Shown here in pieces: positions 1 through 15,503 of a DNA stretch of 64,000 nt (positions within the stretch are counted from its first letter, which is position 1; each line of letters opens with the position of its first letter). Source of the stretch: Lingula anatina (lineage: Eukaryota; Animalia; Brachiopoda); contig CM120641.1 in the NCBI GenBank assembly GCA_051362555.1, forward strand, positions 41,980,401 through 42,044,400. The letters run 5' to 3'. Both the position numbers and the translations under genes were made by a program. Below the pieces are notes generated by a model. That model was not told the DNA's origin. It searched no databases and saw only the letters and a program-made list of their open reading frames with translations.

Positions 1-1409
1 ATTGTCATGTATCTGAGCAGGTGCTTCTGAATCACCTTAAAGGCTTAACAGTACAAGACCATACACAGTAACACAATTGTAACATTGTGATAAAAAAGCT
101 GATTATATCATACAGAGTATGCCTTTAATAAATGGAGCCAGAAACACAAGTCATGCGTATGTCTCCATAGGGTGTTAATTTGATATATTAATTGCTTTAT
201 GATATGGAGAGCCCTGATAAATATACTTTCAACTACCAACATCTATAGTTTACCTTGAAACTTGTATTGCAATCAAGAATGAAGTATTGGCACATCTAAT
301 TGCTTTTTATTTAATTTATTGAAATTGATCATGTCCTAAGAGTAAATGTTGGAGACAGACATCAGCTTTAATACACTAGTTTAACTCCCACTAATTGAAT
401 ATCAGAATATCATGGGCCTAAATTTTCACATTTTTTAAAAAAATTTTGTACAAATCCTGGAAACAATGACTCCCAGAGCAGATGAAATTGATTAAAAAAA
501 TTTTAATGGAATGGTGGTGATCTATAGCAATGGACATTTCTTGATACATTTGATTATTTTTTCATGCAAGCTGAAAATGTAAAACTGAAGATAAAATTAT
601 GCCATAACAAAAAAAAAAAAAGTCTAAAAAATATTACTAATACCCATATGAATATATCACATCCACCTAAATTCCATCTGGAATTTTTCCCAAACTACAA
701 AACACCATATAAGTATCAAGTAGACAATCTCTGGTGGAACTGTCATGTAATCCAGTACCTAACTACACTTAACACACATCACTGCCTTCAAAATTCACTT
801 CAAAGTCTACGCAATGACATATTGTCATGGCAACTACAAGATTACCGATAGGTTTTCTCCTAGGTACGTATGAAAGTGTCTGATGCAATTCCTGTGAGGC
901 TTTTCAAGAATCTTCCCTCATCCATTCCCATCATTACTGCATTGACAGAGAACGAGACACTGTTATGCAATAAAAAGATCTGTAGACATCAGTATTCCAT
1001 TATTTCTACCATAAAGGAATAGTTCTAAACAATACCTTGTCATCATACCATATACCAAATTACCTCGGGGCAGTTTAATGAGACCAACTACACAGATAAT
1101 CATGTAGTTGATTTACTACATCGTGAAAAACTCATCTTCTTTATGTAAAATCCAAATTCCTATGTTCTGTCATTTCTACCACAAAGGGAATAGTACTACA
1201 TTTTCATTGCGCCATAGGTCACAGACCCAAATAATTGAATAAATTCTTTTGTTTGATAATGATGACCCAAAGTCTGTGTGTTTATACACTCTGCAACACT
1301 AACTGCAGGAGTAAATACAACGCACACATGCATGCATGTGTGCTTTCGCATGCATGCATGCGTGTGCACAAGCATACACCACTACATAATTTGCCACATA
1401 GTTACACCT

Positions 1410-1600
1410 TGAACAAGTCTTGTGGAATAGATTTCTATTTTGGTACACGCACACATACAACTACATAACCCGTCACGTAGTATTACCTGAACAAATCTTG
1501 TGGAATGGATTTCTATTTTGGTACACGCACACATACAACTACATAACCCGTCACGTAGTAATACCTGAACAAGTCTTGTGGAATGGATTTCTATTTTGGT
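1410..1600. repeat. Intronic tandem repeat, 78-bp unit, ~2.5 copies
   Basis: The unit TGAACAARTCTTGTGGAATRGATTTCTATTTTGGTACACGCACACATACAACTACATAACCCGTCACGTAGTA.. recurs; TGGTACACGC is at 1441 and 1519 (period 78). Confidence 0.9.
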
Positions 1601-2465
1601 GCTGGCTGATATTTTATCTAACATCAGCCACAACTCAAATCCTAGCTTAACTCAAACAAATTACATATTAAATGAATGTCACCCAGCTGTCTCCTTATTG
1701 CATAGTGTGGCCAATAACATGAAGACACTAATAATGCACCATCCCAGCTCCAACTACTTAAAGATACTCTATACATTGTAAGTTTCCCAGAAAATCTAAT
1801 TTTCCTTTTCATGAGAAAGAAAAAGCAATTTCCTCCAACTTACAAATTAGAGCTCAACCTGCCCTGCATTTGGGTTTGGATGTTCTGCAAAATTTATATG
1901 TTTAATAATTTATTTAAAAATACCTTTGTTTTAAATGAAGCAGGATTACATAGGATTCGTATAGACCACAATGTCTTTTTGACATTTAAGAAGGAAATCA
2001 GTTTATATTTATATTTCAGGGGTTTTGACATTTTTAAGGTCTGAATAAGGAAAGATAAGTAGCTTTGCAGGATATGTAGCCTTTGAATCATTTTTCAAAG
2101 GCATAGAGTATGCACTGAAGGGAATATGATCCTACAAATGTCACCTTTGAAATACCACCTGGGTTAAAACATCAGTCTATTTCAAACAAAACACAACCTG
2201 CTGTTTCAAACAAAAGGCTTGTGTTAGCTCCCACCCTCCTTGGAAAGATGAACACATGATATACAAAAAGAAACAACCAACATAGAGGCAGATCCACAGA
2301 TATTTTCTGACAGTCTTCCAAATTATTTTTGTTGATCAATCTTTAATTTGTTACCATCTATATTATATACCCATCAATGTAAACTTGAAAATCTGACCTT
2401 CTTCTGGACGACCCAGAAGATGGCCTGAACCCATCCCTGCAACAATAATCACACAGGATACATAC

Positions 2466-5400
2466 CTCCACACATCTCTTGAGACCAGAGCTGGCAGCAT
2501 AGTGGAGACCAGTGTTTTTGTCCTGGAATGAGAAATATATCAAATAAATAACAAAATCACCACAAATTAGATACTCCTTAAACAGGTTGGCTTACAAAGG
2601 CACCACTCAAGTCTAATTTTAGACATAATTTCAATCCTTAAAACTAAATAAATAAATTTAATCTTGGGTTTCTATCTTCCATCCTCTCTCCCCTCATTCC
2701 CCCCCCTTACCTCATCCTGTGCCCCCAGCTCCACCTTCTCCATTTGTCCATCTTTGAGATCTGCCCCTCGCCACTGCAGCAACATGGCGATACAGTCCAC
2801 GCGTCTCTGCCGCGCCATAGGCCGAGTCTGATTGGGGTTGCCAGGGTTGATGGTGCAAACCAAATGGAGGGCCGACTGGTTCTTACCATTCTTTTTGTTA
2901 GGATTGCCTTGTAGGTCATGTAGGAATATCCTTGAAAGATTAAAAAAATCATTTAAAATTGCTGTTGATCATTTATTTATTAATGTTATAAGATCAATTT
3001 TAAGCTGGTTGATTTTGAAATTCTAATTTAGACAGTTATAAAATCTGAAACATCCCTGTCTAAATTTGAATACCAAATATATGAATACATGGAAAGTTTC
3101 TAAATGTCATTTTAAAAAATTTACATAATTTGTGCAAAAATATATGATATTATTTAAGACTTAGACGAACTTGTACATTGTTAATTAAGAAAATCAATAT
3201 AAATTTTAAAACATATTACCCAACTAAATACAACATCCATTTGCAGGAATTAATTTATACTAATCGAGGTATAAATGATGAAGTAACACAGCTATGTGAC
3301 AGTTGACTTACTTGGGTCTTGAGTAAAAAAAATTCATTTTGTCCAAGCTTAGGTGCATTACATGCCAAAGCACGTCTTAAGCCAGCAATTTGCAAGGGAG
3401 AGGGTGTTCTTTTTTACCTCTAGTTGAACAAAATTTCTTAAAACCTAAATTAAGTTTTGAATCAAAGCAAGTGGTTCTTTCTAAACCCCCCCCCCCCTAA
3501 ACTCCCCTATGGACCTGCAAAGGCACCAACCAGTAAGAAAAAATCATGTTGCCATAACAATGTATCAATGCATATCAAACGATGCTCGCTGCCATCAATA
3601 ATTCATCAGACGGGAATCAGCACTCCTTGTGCATTCAGCACACGAAATAAATGACAGATTATCTCAATCCTTGTTTTCTATCAGTTGTCAGTAATTTATA
3701 AGGAATAAACAAATCCTAAATCAGAGTTGACTGTGGATTTATACATATCTTGTCTCCTTGTATTTTATTTTTTAAATGAAAACTAATTCGAGCAGTCTAT
3801 GTTGATTGTTTGATCACATGCTTCGGACAACCTCTCGTGTAATAAACTGTTAAAGGCAGTTCATGGATTTTTGTGTACGTTTTTAATGAAAACTGAGCGC
3901 AACCAGTTAAATTAATGTCAATTGTCAAAATGCATTTTGACAAGATCAATGCCACCCAGTTACGTAAAATGTAAAGTGATCAGGCAAAAACTATTATAGG
4001 CAAGCATGGTAGTATGTATAATAATACAAAATCTTCATCTTAGATTATTAACAGACAGCTTTTGTGAGACGTAATTCTGTTCTAAATAATTCTCTAAATA
4101 GCCTGAAGGGCCAGAAACAAGGTTTTCTCATAAAGTAGGCTTGCAATAATCATGTTTTGTATTGCTATTATTTGGGATGACTGAAACAAACATTTCTGAA
4201 TCTAAGCAAATTCCAGCTATATCCAGCTACACTATATTAATTTTCCGTAGTATCTTTTATATGTCACATCCATGTACTGCCGTTTTGTCACTTTGACTAG
4301 CTAAAGACTCTTATGTTCTCAACGGAGTCAGCATTTTTTTTTTTTTTTATTTGGTTATTTCACCCTTTTCAATGTCAACTAGACTTGATGTGAGCAGATA
4401 TGTGAGAATCTATATACCTGCAAGATAATCACTGGCCTTAATGAGTTGTTTCAATGGTAATTTCATAAGAACTAAGCCCTTGAATTCTAGGGTCGTTATG
4501 AAATTTATTAGCAAATTATTTCAATATTAAAACATAATAATGACTTAATAATGGCTTGCCATTAGTGTTTTCTGTGGTTACATATATCAAATTTCAACTG
4601 ATGACAGCCTGCAGAGGCGATAAGAGAACTCCCATGATCTCCCATGTCAGACCAGACTGGCTTGCAATGAAAACAGGCACCACTTACTACACATCCTCAT
4701 TACATGTCAGTCACACATTAAAGTAAAACTAAGCCTTTAATTGCTGAGTAATAGTCTCCCATCGTTTCATCTGCGCCATGTTTCTCTCTGTCTCGACAAA
4801 CACCGATATTGATAATTCATGTTGAAATGATAAAATCAATTGCAGGTCTTTAAGCCTTGGTTGTTGTGAACAAGTTTTCTTCTTCAAAGTTCAGTCTGCA
4901 TGTCAATACAAAAGCAAATGGGATCTTCTTTCTAAAGCTGCATTAATTCAGACCACCACTGTGTTTTAGAAGAAATTGGAAACTCACACCTCTCTTCTGA
5001 ATGCTGATGGAAGAAAATTAAGTTGATCAAGTGTCTTCTGAAATTCCGGGTAAACTCTGAGAGCGTACCAAGTGAATTTGTCAAATGCCCATCTCTGAAG
5101 AGACACCATGGCAAACAACTTACTTTATTTCTAATGAACGAGGAACTTAGACTGGGTTTACATGCCTAGATCGATCTAACAGGATCGATCCATTTCCAAG
5201 GGGTTTCTCGCTAAATTGCTTTCAGCTTAAGCGGCTTAGATGTCTAGCACATGTACTAAAGCTACTAAATGATAATTATCTCCTAGCAGCTTCAGTAGGC
5301 GTGACAGACACCTTAGCCGCTTAAGTTGATTACAATTTAGCAAGAATCCCCTTGGAGATAGATCAATCCACAGTGCGACAGGGTCTGGGAATGATCCCTT

Positions 5401-8400
5401 AGATTTGCATTCTGTGGTGAACTATAAAAATAATCATATTATCATTGCTTTGCTGCAAAAGTGGGTACTTTGTAGTTTCAAAGCAGCTTGACTGGAAATG
5501 TGACAAATTTGTTCCCCTAGGGTTCAAATGTCTGCAGGGCATCTCAGTAATCTAATCTTCAACACGGAAATGTCTAAAATGGACAAAGCCTGATCATGAC
5601 CAATTAAATCGCTTCTGGCCTCACATACAATCCTGAACAGTCGGTAAAAAAAATTGTCTGTGTGCTGCTTTGTCCCTGAAGCAAAATGTCTATTGTTTAG
5701 CCCAAAACAATGCATATAACAGACACAATACTAACTGTACACACCCATTTTTTCTATTATTAAAAATAGCACAACTGATTGCTATAATTTCTAATTTAAA
5801 AAATAAAGTGAATTGCCAGACAGAGCTTGCAAATGTGAAGTTAGTGGTTTCATTGAATACCATTGAATATATAAAATTAAATGATAAGGCAGTTTGTCTC
5901 TTCTTGTATATAACTGCCTATCATGCCATGTTTCTATGAAGTATATATATTACATTATCCACCTGCTGTGATGGCAACATTTCAACCACACACAGCTTGG
6001 GATTCTCTAGCAACAGTCGTATTTATGTCTCACACAGTCTGCAGCTTAGTTAAAACTCCAGGAATCAGTTGTTTAAGTTACCTTAATTAGCTATATTATA
6101 TTGGTAAAAGAGATTCCCAGAATAATTGGTCCACAATTAATGAATTGAACACATCTAATTGGACTGTCACCAATGGGAATAAAAACCTTCAAGACAATCA
6201 CAATTTGTTTAATGGACCAAGAAAAAATGTTAAGCCATCTTTTAGTTTCTTAGTGAAATTAACTAATTAAGTTGGCTAAAAAAATCAAAAACTGACTCAG
6301 ACTTTTTGTGAAATAGACTCCAGGCCAATCATTTTTGCCCTCAACCAGTAAATGGAAAGCAGGACATATATATGATAAAATGTAGAGTGGCAGCACAACT
6401 TGGTGAATCATCTTTTGCAAATTGCAATCAATTCTGGCAACACTATTTGTCCTACACCAGTGGCTGGCAATGAAGTCCCATATCATGGTTAAATACAATA
6501 CGATTGGCTATTAGATACAGATACCACAGCATATGCTCATCAGGCCAGTAGAAGGGGGGGGGGGGGAGCAAAGAATGACCCTTTTTGCCAGGAAAAAGAT
6601 ATATATGCGCTTGGTAAAATATGATCCAGGTACATGACGGTTTCATGGTATGCGGTCCACTTTTTCAGAGAAAGAACCCCCCCTTTGAATTGCTGGCTAT
6701 GGGCATGTGTTAATGTGCTCATTTTGGTTGGTTGCAAGGTAGTTTTGTCCCCAAATTTAAGGTACTCAGCGCTAAGACTAAAATGTCACCAATGATAATA
6801 ACAATGTCAAAAATGAAGAAAATAGAAACTCATGATGTGAACATCTTTTAAATTTCTCTACGAAATGCAACTTTGTTGGCAAAAATATCTGCAATCTTTG
6901 CTAAAACTAACTATCAGCTTTTGTTGTTTCTTGCAACAGGGCTCAAAAATACAACACCTGATTTTAGGGAACTGAGCTATTACACAGAACCAAAACAACG
7001 ACAATAAACTGGAATAAGTGAATTTGATTGTCCACACTGTTGTCACAGAAAATATTTCTCCTAATCACTCCATCAATTCACTGCTTCATTTCAATGAATC
7101 ACAAGATGCAATTTCAAATTTCTTAACTCAAAAACCACGAGAGCATGACTAAATATAAATTTGCCAATTTCAAACACCCTAAGCCTTGTAATGCCTTAAT
7201 GTAAATAATAAATAATGTATGTATTGTAAATATGAATTGAACTGTGTCAATGTGGATGTAGCTGTGTTAGGTTTGAGTCCAAACTTCCAAAATGTATCTT
7301 TATTGCTAGTAATCTTTGCCTGGATCTCAAAACTTAGACAAGTTAAAAGACTTTATTATATCTAGGTCCTGTTTTACAAAAATGTCTGTCATACTGAAGT
7401 AGCCTCTTCCTGCTATTAAATATTATATATACCATAAGCATGGCACATTATATATATATATATAACTATAACAGTAAAATTTATGTTCTGCCAGTGTATT
7501 GATCTAGATCTATAATTGTAATAAGTATTTAAAGACTGTATGAGTAGCAATCCATAGTTATATATATCTATTTACTTATTTACCTATATGTAGTATAGGG
7601 GCTAACAAATGTAACTGTCACATTTCATGCTCAAATAAATTATTATAAATTATTATAAAATTCATTTTGGGGCTAAATTTTTAGACCACTAGATTTAGCC
7701 TACCAAGATGCATTGATCTTGTAATTTTCTCTCAAAAATGTAGTGATTAAATGTTAATGGCCATTTATGAATGAAGTTCTCTTCAAACCAGTGAATGAAA
7801 TGTTATATAAATCTTTAGACAGATAAGAATGTAAACAAAGTTCAGGTGTAAATGAAAAAATTGGCCTTATCTTTACACAACACTAAATGACTAGCATCAA
7901 GTAAATATGATCTGATTGCAGAATCCCATATGTATATTAATATATACGCCTGGCACTACCATCAATATTGGGCATCAATTTCAATCAAAATTTTCACCTA
8001 TCAACCTTAATGGCCCACAGAGCAGTCTGTTCCGACAATAAAGATTGCCTAAATTTTGCTACAGTCATTGAGCATTTCCCCTTCGTACCAATTAATTAGA
8101 CAGCAAAAATGCTTCATCTTCTCTCAAAATAGACAAGTGCACAGATTTAGAAGGAAACTATGGTTTTATATACTGCTCTCTCATTGATTTTAAGATTAAT
8201 ATTTACAAGGAACACCACAGGTTCAGTGGTGAAAGTTAAAGCATTAAGTGATGCTACCAGTTAAGCCATGCTGTCTTAAAGTGTTTGGTTACAGTAGGAA
8301 GAAATGATTTTTTTCTTTATTATTCTCTTCAATCACCTTTCTTCAACTTTTTCCAAAGACCCATTGATCATCTGTTCTGTGCATCTCCATTCATAAGACA

Positions 8401-9993
8401 TAAAAGGCATGATTCATCATTTCCTGGTTTTCACTTTCTTGACTTGATACATCTATCATAATAGCTACAGCATTCCAGACACATTTTATGTGCACTCCCA
8501 CCAGAGATGAAATGAACTCCAACCTCTTAACACTTTTATTTATTTTGATATGCCAAGTGAATGATAGACATATTATTAATTCATTTAATAATGTAACATT
8601 TCATCCAATAAACAAAATGTAAAGTTACAATATGCAGAATACAGGAGTCTCGAAAGACTAGATTGCTGAGGACTGTTTTAATTTCACAGCATTAAAGGAA
8701 AGGTGGTGATTCACTGATGCTAGGTCTAAAACAGAATTCTTCCAAGGTCTACAGACTGTTTCGCTTTTTCCACTCATTTTAAACTTCTTCAGAAACAAGC
8801 TTTTAATATAATATTTGCTCACATTATTAAGCCTATACAAAGGGATAATCCTGTCAAGAGAAGCAGGGAAATTTTTTCTTTTCTTAGATTCTACCATCAC
8901 ATTCAAATTACCAATGTCAAGCTGATAAACCTTTTTACATTTGATTTTTAAATTTTACTTTGGGTCAATTGACATTCAACACATTTAAACTTGCTTTTCA
9001 GGACTAGCATGTTCAATCAGACACATAAGGCAACTAGCTAACACATCACAAAATTGGCTTTCTTGATAAAAAGAAAAAGCCACCAAATAGCCATCAAGAT
9101 CTGTTCAACTGGCTCCCAGCTGGTGTGATCACTAGCTACGTTTCATCCACGTCAACAGCTCTAGATCTGCTCTACTCAAGTCTGTACACTTGCCATTGAA
9201 AATTTGGAAAAATTTTCCATATTCTAAGAAAAAAAAACAGCACTGCACAACAAAAAGTGATGACATGATTTCATACGAAATATTTTCACTTGATTGGTGA
9301 ATTGGCAGATGTTTCCTCAACAAATAGTTGAAACCAGTAATCCTGAACACTGACACATAGCAACACATACATTCTCTCGTTTTGTTTTGTAAATAATTCA
9401 ATCAGATTATGACTAGTACAGGCAAAACAGGGATTCTTTTTGTGTAAAACTTGGTTGCAAATGAGTAACCTCATTTACGAAACAAAAGCCTTTTATAGTA
9501 TATGTTCAATTGTCTCCTCTGATCCATTCCTAAAGCTTAAGTATCTTAAAATAATCTACAGCTATGGGGATGATGTTTTCAGGAACATTTTTTTTTTTTT
9601 TTTTTTGCCTATTAAGGATTCAGACTATGCATAAGATTTCACTACTAGTACCTGAATCAAATACATACAGATGAATATATAGATCTGAAAGTTCAAGGTG
9701 CAATTTTGCCTTTATGTGTGCATCCATGCAGTCAGGAGAGGGCACATGTACTGGCTGCACTTCCTGGATATCCATTATATAATTATATACAATACACCCA
9801 CCCACCTGAGTAAGGACTTCATAGCATACTGTGCTGCAAAGTGTAAAGGAGTCTGATGCTGGTACGTCTCCCCGTATGACATGTTCGGGTCCAGCGCCTT
9901 TCGCAGATCTGCATTGCTTTCATACAGCTGCAGCGCTGCATACTCGTCGCCATTCTGGAGATGTTTGCGGAATTTGGAGGACGAGCTTCCCAT
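2466..9993 (-). CDS. ANKIB1: Ankyrin repeat and IBR domain-containing protein 1 (RBR E3 ligase), N-terminal three coding exons; the gene continues beyond the left edge
   Basis: Coding exons 9993-9806 ([24 protein letters not shown]...[16 protein letters not shown]), 2930-2711 ([14 protein letters not shown]...QSALHLVC...[11 protein letters not shown]...AQDE) and 2522-2466 ([19 protein letters not shown]). All introns are GT-AG and phases (2, 0) join in frame. The myristoylation-type MGSSSSKF start and ankyrin repeats match the ANKIB1 N-terminus. An acceptor at 10139-10140 implies an upstream non-coding exon. Confidence 0.9.
5150..5398. mobile_element. Foldback MITE, PIF/Harbinger (Tourist)-like
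   Basis: Flanked by TTA at 5147-5149 and 5399-5401. Long internal inverted repeat (CTTAAGCGGCT / AGCCGCTTAAG; CCAAGGGG / CCCCTTGG). Right end TGGGAATGATCCC is shared with three other copies in the window. Confidence 0.65.
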
Positions 9994-11764
9994 GATGCTT
10001 CAGGGCGATTCCTGGCAATGCTGATGGAGATATTGTCTACTGATATTAGACCTATGCTTTGAGGCTGACCACCAGGACTGTCCTTGCAAGATCCTTTTTT
10101 TTCTACAGCTGATGTTGAAAGCTGTTAGAAGTGATGTCCTGAAATGAGACGAAAGACATCTGAGTTTATAAAAACATGGTACTCCCCCAGGTTTTTTTTC
10201 CATTCACAAATCCAAAGCAACGACATTTCAAAAAACCGCAACTTGCTTTTTACAATCAGTTCATCCTGCAATACTAACAATGATGACTACACTGCTAAAT
10301 CAACTATCCACCACCCCTACCTAAAACACTTCCTTCATCAATAACATTTACAGGGAGACAGTCTACTTTGATCCACAGGGGGGACAGCTTTTAGATAAGA
10401 TTTTTTTGTTTACCATCCCTTGTACATTGTCCTTCATTTATTCCAGACACATGACTCAATACTATCAGTCTCAGGGGAGATTACAAATAAATGCATTGAG
10501 GACAATGAACTGAGTGACCTTTCCATCAGTGTATTTAAAAATTATGGCAATAAAACTTGTTTTGTTTATATAACTTGTAGTTCCCAAAACATTAATACAC
10601 AGTCCACGTGTGAATTAAGAATACATCAAGTTTTAAGTATAAATTATACACTTTCAACTCCTGTCAGAGCTTTCAATGTACTTAGTAAGTAAGGTTATAT
10701 TCCTTCCTAAGTAATTAAATGTGAAAGGTATTTGGAAGCAAAGAGAAAGTTAAATATGGTTTCCACTTGCTATGTTCCAATTTTTCAAGAAAAAGCACTC
10801 ATTCTAATTGTTAAAAACCAATACATGGGTCATTGTTATTGAATATTACTTATAAAGTATAATTATCTAACACCTAATTTCTTCTAATGCTAGGTAATCT
10901 TTTAACCTTATTTCCATGACTCTATTTAATTTTTTAATATGTTTTTTAAAAATATACATATAACTAAATAGTCTGCTTCAATAACATTATTTTCCCTTTC
11001 AGTTTAAATGCAGTATTACCAAGGACGCAAATACTAACCAACAAAAATGAAGTCTCTATTCTGCAATCTCCTGAAATAAGAGCTTCTGTGATATAGATTT
11101 TATTGTAATAAGAGCCAGAAAACACCAAGATGATTAAGACAGTGACAGGAAATTGTGTGGACTAGCAGTGGCATGTTCACACAAGGCTGGACTTCAACGT
11201 GAAATGTGCTGTCAGAAAATTCAGAGTCACTAACTATATTATACATCTGAAGTCCAAAGGCTCATTTGCAACCAAGTTTTCCACAAAGAGAATCCCTATA
11301 GTGCCTGTAATAGTCAGTTGTGTTCAATATGATGATTAAAATATTAGTATTTAAAATGATCAAAGGCTAGGGGACAAATAAAATCCTGCACACCCACAGA
11401 GAGATTTTTGTTTCAATAGACATCTTCATCTTGTTAAATGTTAATAAAATTATTGTCTCTGTTAGCTCTCTTACTTTTTAAACTTTGCCTTGATCTCAAT
11501 TGACATTTAAAAGGATGCCATGTTCTTACTTAAAAATACATTTTCCTAGATTCTGAAATGTCTGAAAAAATAAATATCAATTGCAGAATATACAACGTAA
11601 TCAGAAGCAGGTGGTTTTGTGGAATATTATGAACACAGACATTAATAATGAAATATTGCATTACATGCTATTGGCCAAGTTTTGTCAGTATAATGGAATA
11701 AATAACAACACTGAAATAAGGCTTAGCACTGTTCAGTGCTCACTTTTTTCTCTAACACACTTTG

Positions 11765-11766
<2 letters not shown>

Positions 11767-11825
<59 letters not shown>
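11767..11825. repeat. (CT)n microsatellite
   Basis: Perfect dinucleotide run of ~59 bp. Confidence 0.97.
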
Positions 11826-11829
<4 letters not shown>

Positions 11830-12750
11830 CAGTGTCTATGCAAGAGATAGGAGGGTTTCAGGTCATCTTGCCTCTCCCAGCAGGCAAAACACTACACACC
11901 TGTCACAAATGCAGACATGGAGAAACTGTCAGTCTGACTGGTCATGACCACCTGAAAAGCCAGGGGACTGGCAAGATCTTTGATAATGCAGGTCTTCTGG
12001 ACAGGCAAGGTTTTTTGTGGAAATAAAATACATTAAAATTAATCATACGTAAAAACATCAACTACCTGACCTGCACAGAATACCAGTCCTGCATATTTCT
12101 TGTACTGCAAGTTTTCCAGAGCTTCAGAGCCTCCAAAGTTTTCCCCATGTCTGCATATGTGTACCTTTTACATCAAAAACATTGTAAAGATACCCGCCAC
12201 TCAAAATCCTTTATCCAGTGATAAGTATCCTTACACAAGATTCTCGCCCCCCCCCCCCCCCCCCGCCCTCTATAACTATATATATATATATATATATTCC
12301 ATTATCAATCAATTAATTAATCATCACCAAAATCAAAATTATTCTAAGTTAGCCCATTTTTGGCCTATCCTGTAAAATTTATCAAAATGTGTCCACAGCT
12401 ATTAGAGTTGGTTTACTCAGAATTATAAAGCAACCAATGCAAAAACATGATCTCCTCAGCACAAAGTACTAAACACACAGCAACAAAGACAAATATTATC
12501 AGCAGGACAGAGAAATCACACAGGCACCAGCTAAGAAAGGTTAACATTATTGTCTGGCCTGTTCAAAAAATTCAATCACGACATTCCCCACTCTATTCCA
12601 AGAGCTTGGAAAATTGGCTTTAACAAATGAGACATCTAATGCATTGGGATAATAAGGCCTCTAAAGAAAGAGACTGTGTATGTACATACTTGCATGTTCA
12701 GAGAAAATCCTAACAAGTTCTGGGGGCCCCACTTCACTCAAGACCCTATG

Positions 12751-13000
12751 GGGCTCATTCCCAATAACTCTGTCAGTCTACTTAGAACGATCAAACTCCG
12801 AGGGCATGCTCGCTGAATGCAGTCAGATTAACTGAATGGCATGTCTCTTCCTGGCATTGAGTAGAATACAGAATATTTAGTGACTGTACGTTGGAAACAA
12901 GATGAGGCATATTAATCTCTTAAACTGATTGCATTCAACAACAGTCCTCACAGAGCTGGATTGATCTGCCTAGACCGATAGTGTCATTGGGAATGAGCCC
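12751..13000. mobile_element. Foldback MITE, PIF/Harbinger-like
   Basis: Perfect 15-bp TIR GGGCTCATTCCCAAT...ATTGGGAATGAGCCC plus further internal inverted similarity (TGAATGCAGTCAG / CTGATTGCATTCA). Followed by TAA; the left flank is not a clean match. Confidence 0.75.
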
Positions 13001-14360
13001 TAAACCCGAAAATTTTAGAACAAAATTTTGGTATACTTCAGTTCACAATAAATTCAGTGTTCCACTAAAGGTAAATATTGGTCTGACTAATTGCTAATTA
13101 GCAATGTCTTTCTTTTTATAAAACAGGCACAAGATATTTCACTTTGCTGGGTCTAAGAAGACTAAACTTTTAGACCAATTTTTGGGCTCAAGTTCTTTTT
13201 CACACTAGACGCAACTTTTGTAATATCACAAAGTATCTTTTAATTGGAGTCCCACAATCCCAACCATTAAACATTACCATTTCTTGGGTAATCCTAAATA
13301 GAATTCTGTTTTGAGACCAACATTATACTTGACCAAATGTTACCAGTATTCTATGTGCATTCCTGCCAAGAATTAATGGCACATTAAAGGATGTTGTTTC
13401 ACTATGTAATAAAATACAGTCACCATAGTTTTGCATTTTTCAGATATAAATCTCTTTTCCAGGGCATGTTGAAAGAGTCTACATTTAAAGTTACTTGATA
13501 TCAATGTCAATCTTCAAACAGGATATGCAAAAATTGGCTCATGATAATACACTATGAAAGGTAAATATATATAAAAAAAAAACAAAAAAGGAATTCTGGC
13601 TATAAAAAATATATACACATATATATTTAAGGTCTTATTTGTCAAAGATAATATAACTGGAACAGACAAGCCCAGGTTTAAAAAAAACTCTGAACATGTA
13701 TTATGGAAGCAAATACCAAGGTTACGTAAATTATTTGGGGTTAAATTGCTCTACGGTCATGTAAAAATTTAAAGTGGAATTCTGTGATTCCACAGAAAAA
13801 ACTCATGTCTGCTGGAGAGAGAGTTCCAGTACAATCTCAAATCAAAAGCTCTAGGTCTGATAGCTGTACTTTCTCCCTTTTCTTCCAACCCTCACATTTT
13901 GTCCATCAGTCAGTAATGATTAAACATCCTAAATCTGTTTAATTCAATAGCTGAGAGATTCCCATACCTCTCACGATGTGCTTGTGTGCGTGACCAGAAT
14001 AATGAGATATATTGCATACAAAAAGGAGGCTTTCTGAAGGATTTGATGTCATTATGTTCTGGGAATATTTCAGCTGCTGGCATTTACATTCAAGGAACAG
14101 ACAGGAAGAGAGGTGAGGATGTCATTCCCAGACATCCTCACCTTCAGAAGCTGTAACAACAGTTATTCCGAGAATGCTTTATAACATTGAGCACATCATA
14201 CAACATTTGCGGTAGTTAAGAAAGATAATGAGATCAGAAAAAAATTGTAGATTTATATTAATAACTCTCTAGATTTCACAGATCATTCACATCATGATCA
14301 AAGTATGCCAGAGTAAGTGTAATTATTCAAAGAAAAAGCTAGGAATGGAATTTACACTAA

Positions 14361-14553
14361 GGGCCCTTTCTCAATAAATGTGCTATCATTCCACGTAGAT
14401 CTATCAAACTCGGCAGGGACTCTCACTGAACGCAATCAGATTGACCAGCCTCCTCTTGTTTCCAATGTACTTGTATGATTATCAGCTTTTCTGTATTCTA
14501 TGCTGATTGCATTCATGTAATCTACATAGAACAGTTTCATTGGGAATGCACCA
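14361..14553. mobile_element. Degenerate MITE related to the 12751-13000 copy
   Basis: TAA on both flanks. Ends GGGCCCTTTCTCAAT...ATTGGGAATGCACCA. Shares ATCAAACTC...CTGAAYGCARTCAGATT and CTGATTGCATTCA with the 12751 copy. Confidence 0.6.
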
Positions 14554-15503
14554 TAAGAAGCTGTTCATTCTGCTTCTGTACACCAGTTTCTACTCAATAA
14601 CTCGCCTATCAGCAAGAGAGAGAGAGAGAGAAAGAGAAAGAGAGAGAGAGAGAATTCTTCACTGCTGAGTAACATGCATGCTTAAATATATGTTTTGCTA
14701 GAATTCACTCTATCTTTAAATCTGTATCTTTCAGTAAAAACAGGACCCCCGTTTCTGGCCCAGTAAGTTGGAAATGTTATGTCAATGAAAAATTGCTTCT
14801 GATTTTAATTGAGCCCCAAAATTACCCCCAGGTTCAAACCTGGAGGAAATCCTGTACATAACCAACTATATTTCCATTTCAATCTTATCAACACTTGGTT
14901 ACACAAGGATTACGACTAATGCATTGAACACATTACTGTAACTCTAAGTCAAGCAACCCCAGCTTTGTTCACGGCTCAAACACAGATCTTCGTACCGAAG
15001 GAAGACAGATGTCAACATGGCTTTCAAATCACACTTTTATCGCCATAGATTTCTCCTGGCTGACCAGCATAGACCTCATCAATCACATATAATGACTTGA
15101 TTTGCTTTCTGCTGTCACCCAGCTGCAAATATAACTCGGACAATTATACCTATTGTGAAGAATGAAGGCTATTGGCACTCAAAAGTATTGGTTTCAAGGT
15201 TATTAAGCAAAAGAATACAGTAATGCCCTGTCAATTCATGTGTGCTTTTAGGATAATTTTGGCAGGAATCAGAAGCATAGGAAACAATCATTTTTCATTC
15301 TTACTGACTGAATGGCCTTGGGTGAACAAATGTGCACCTGTCACCACTAAAAAAATAAAAAATTCATTGAGATATGCAAATTCTATATTGTAATTATTTA
15401 ACAGTTGTTACCTAAACAGTTAATTGCTCATCTGTGGACCAGAATAGAAGCAATTAAATCTGCACACGTGCAGATGGCACTGTACCCGCTCAGCAGGAGC
15501 TTA

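Noticed and set aside
1382-1650. ORFs with repeated peptides
   Set aside because: Translations of the 78-bp intronic tandem repeat.
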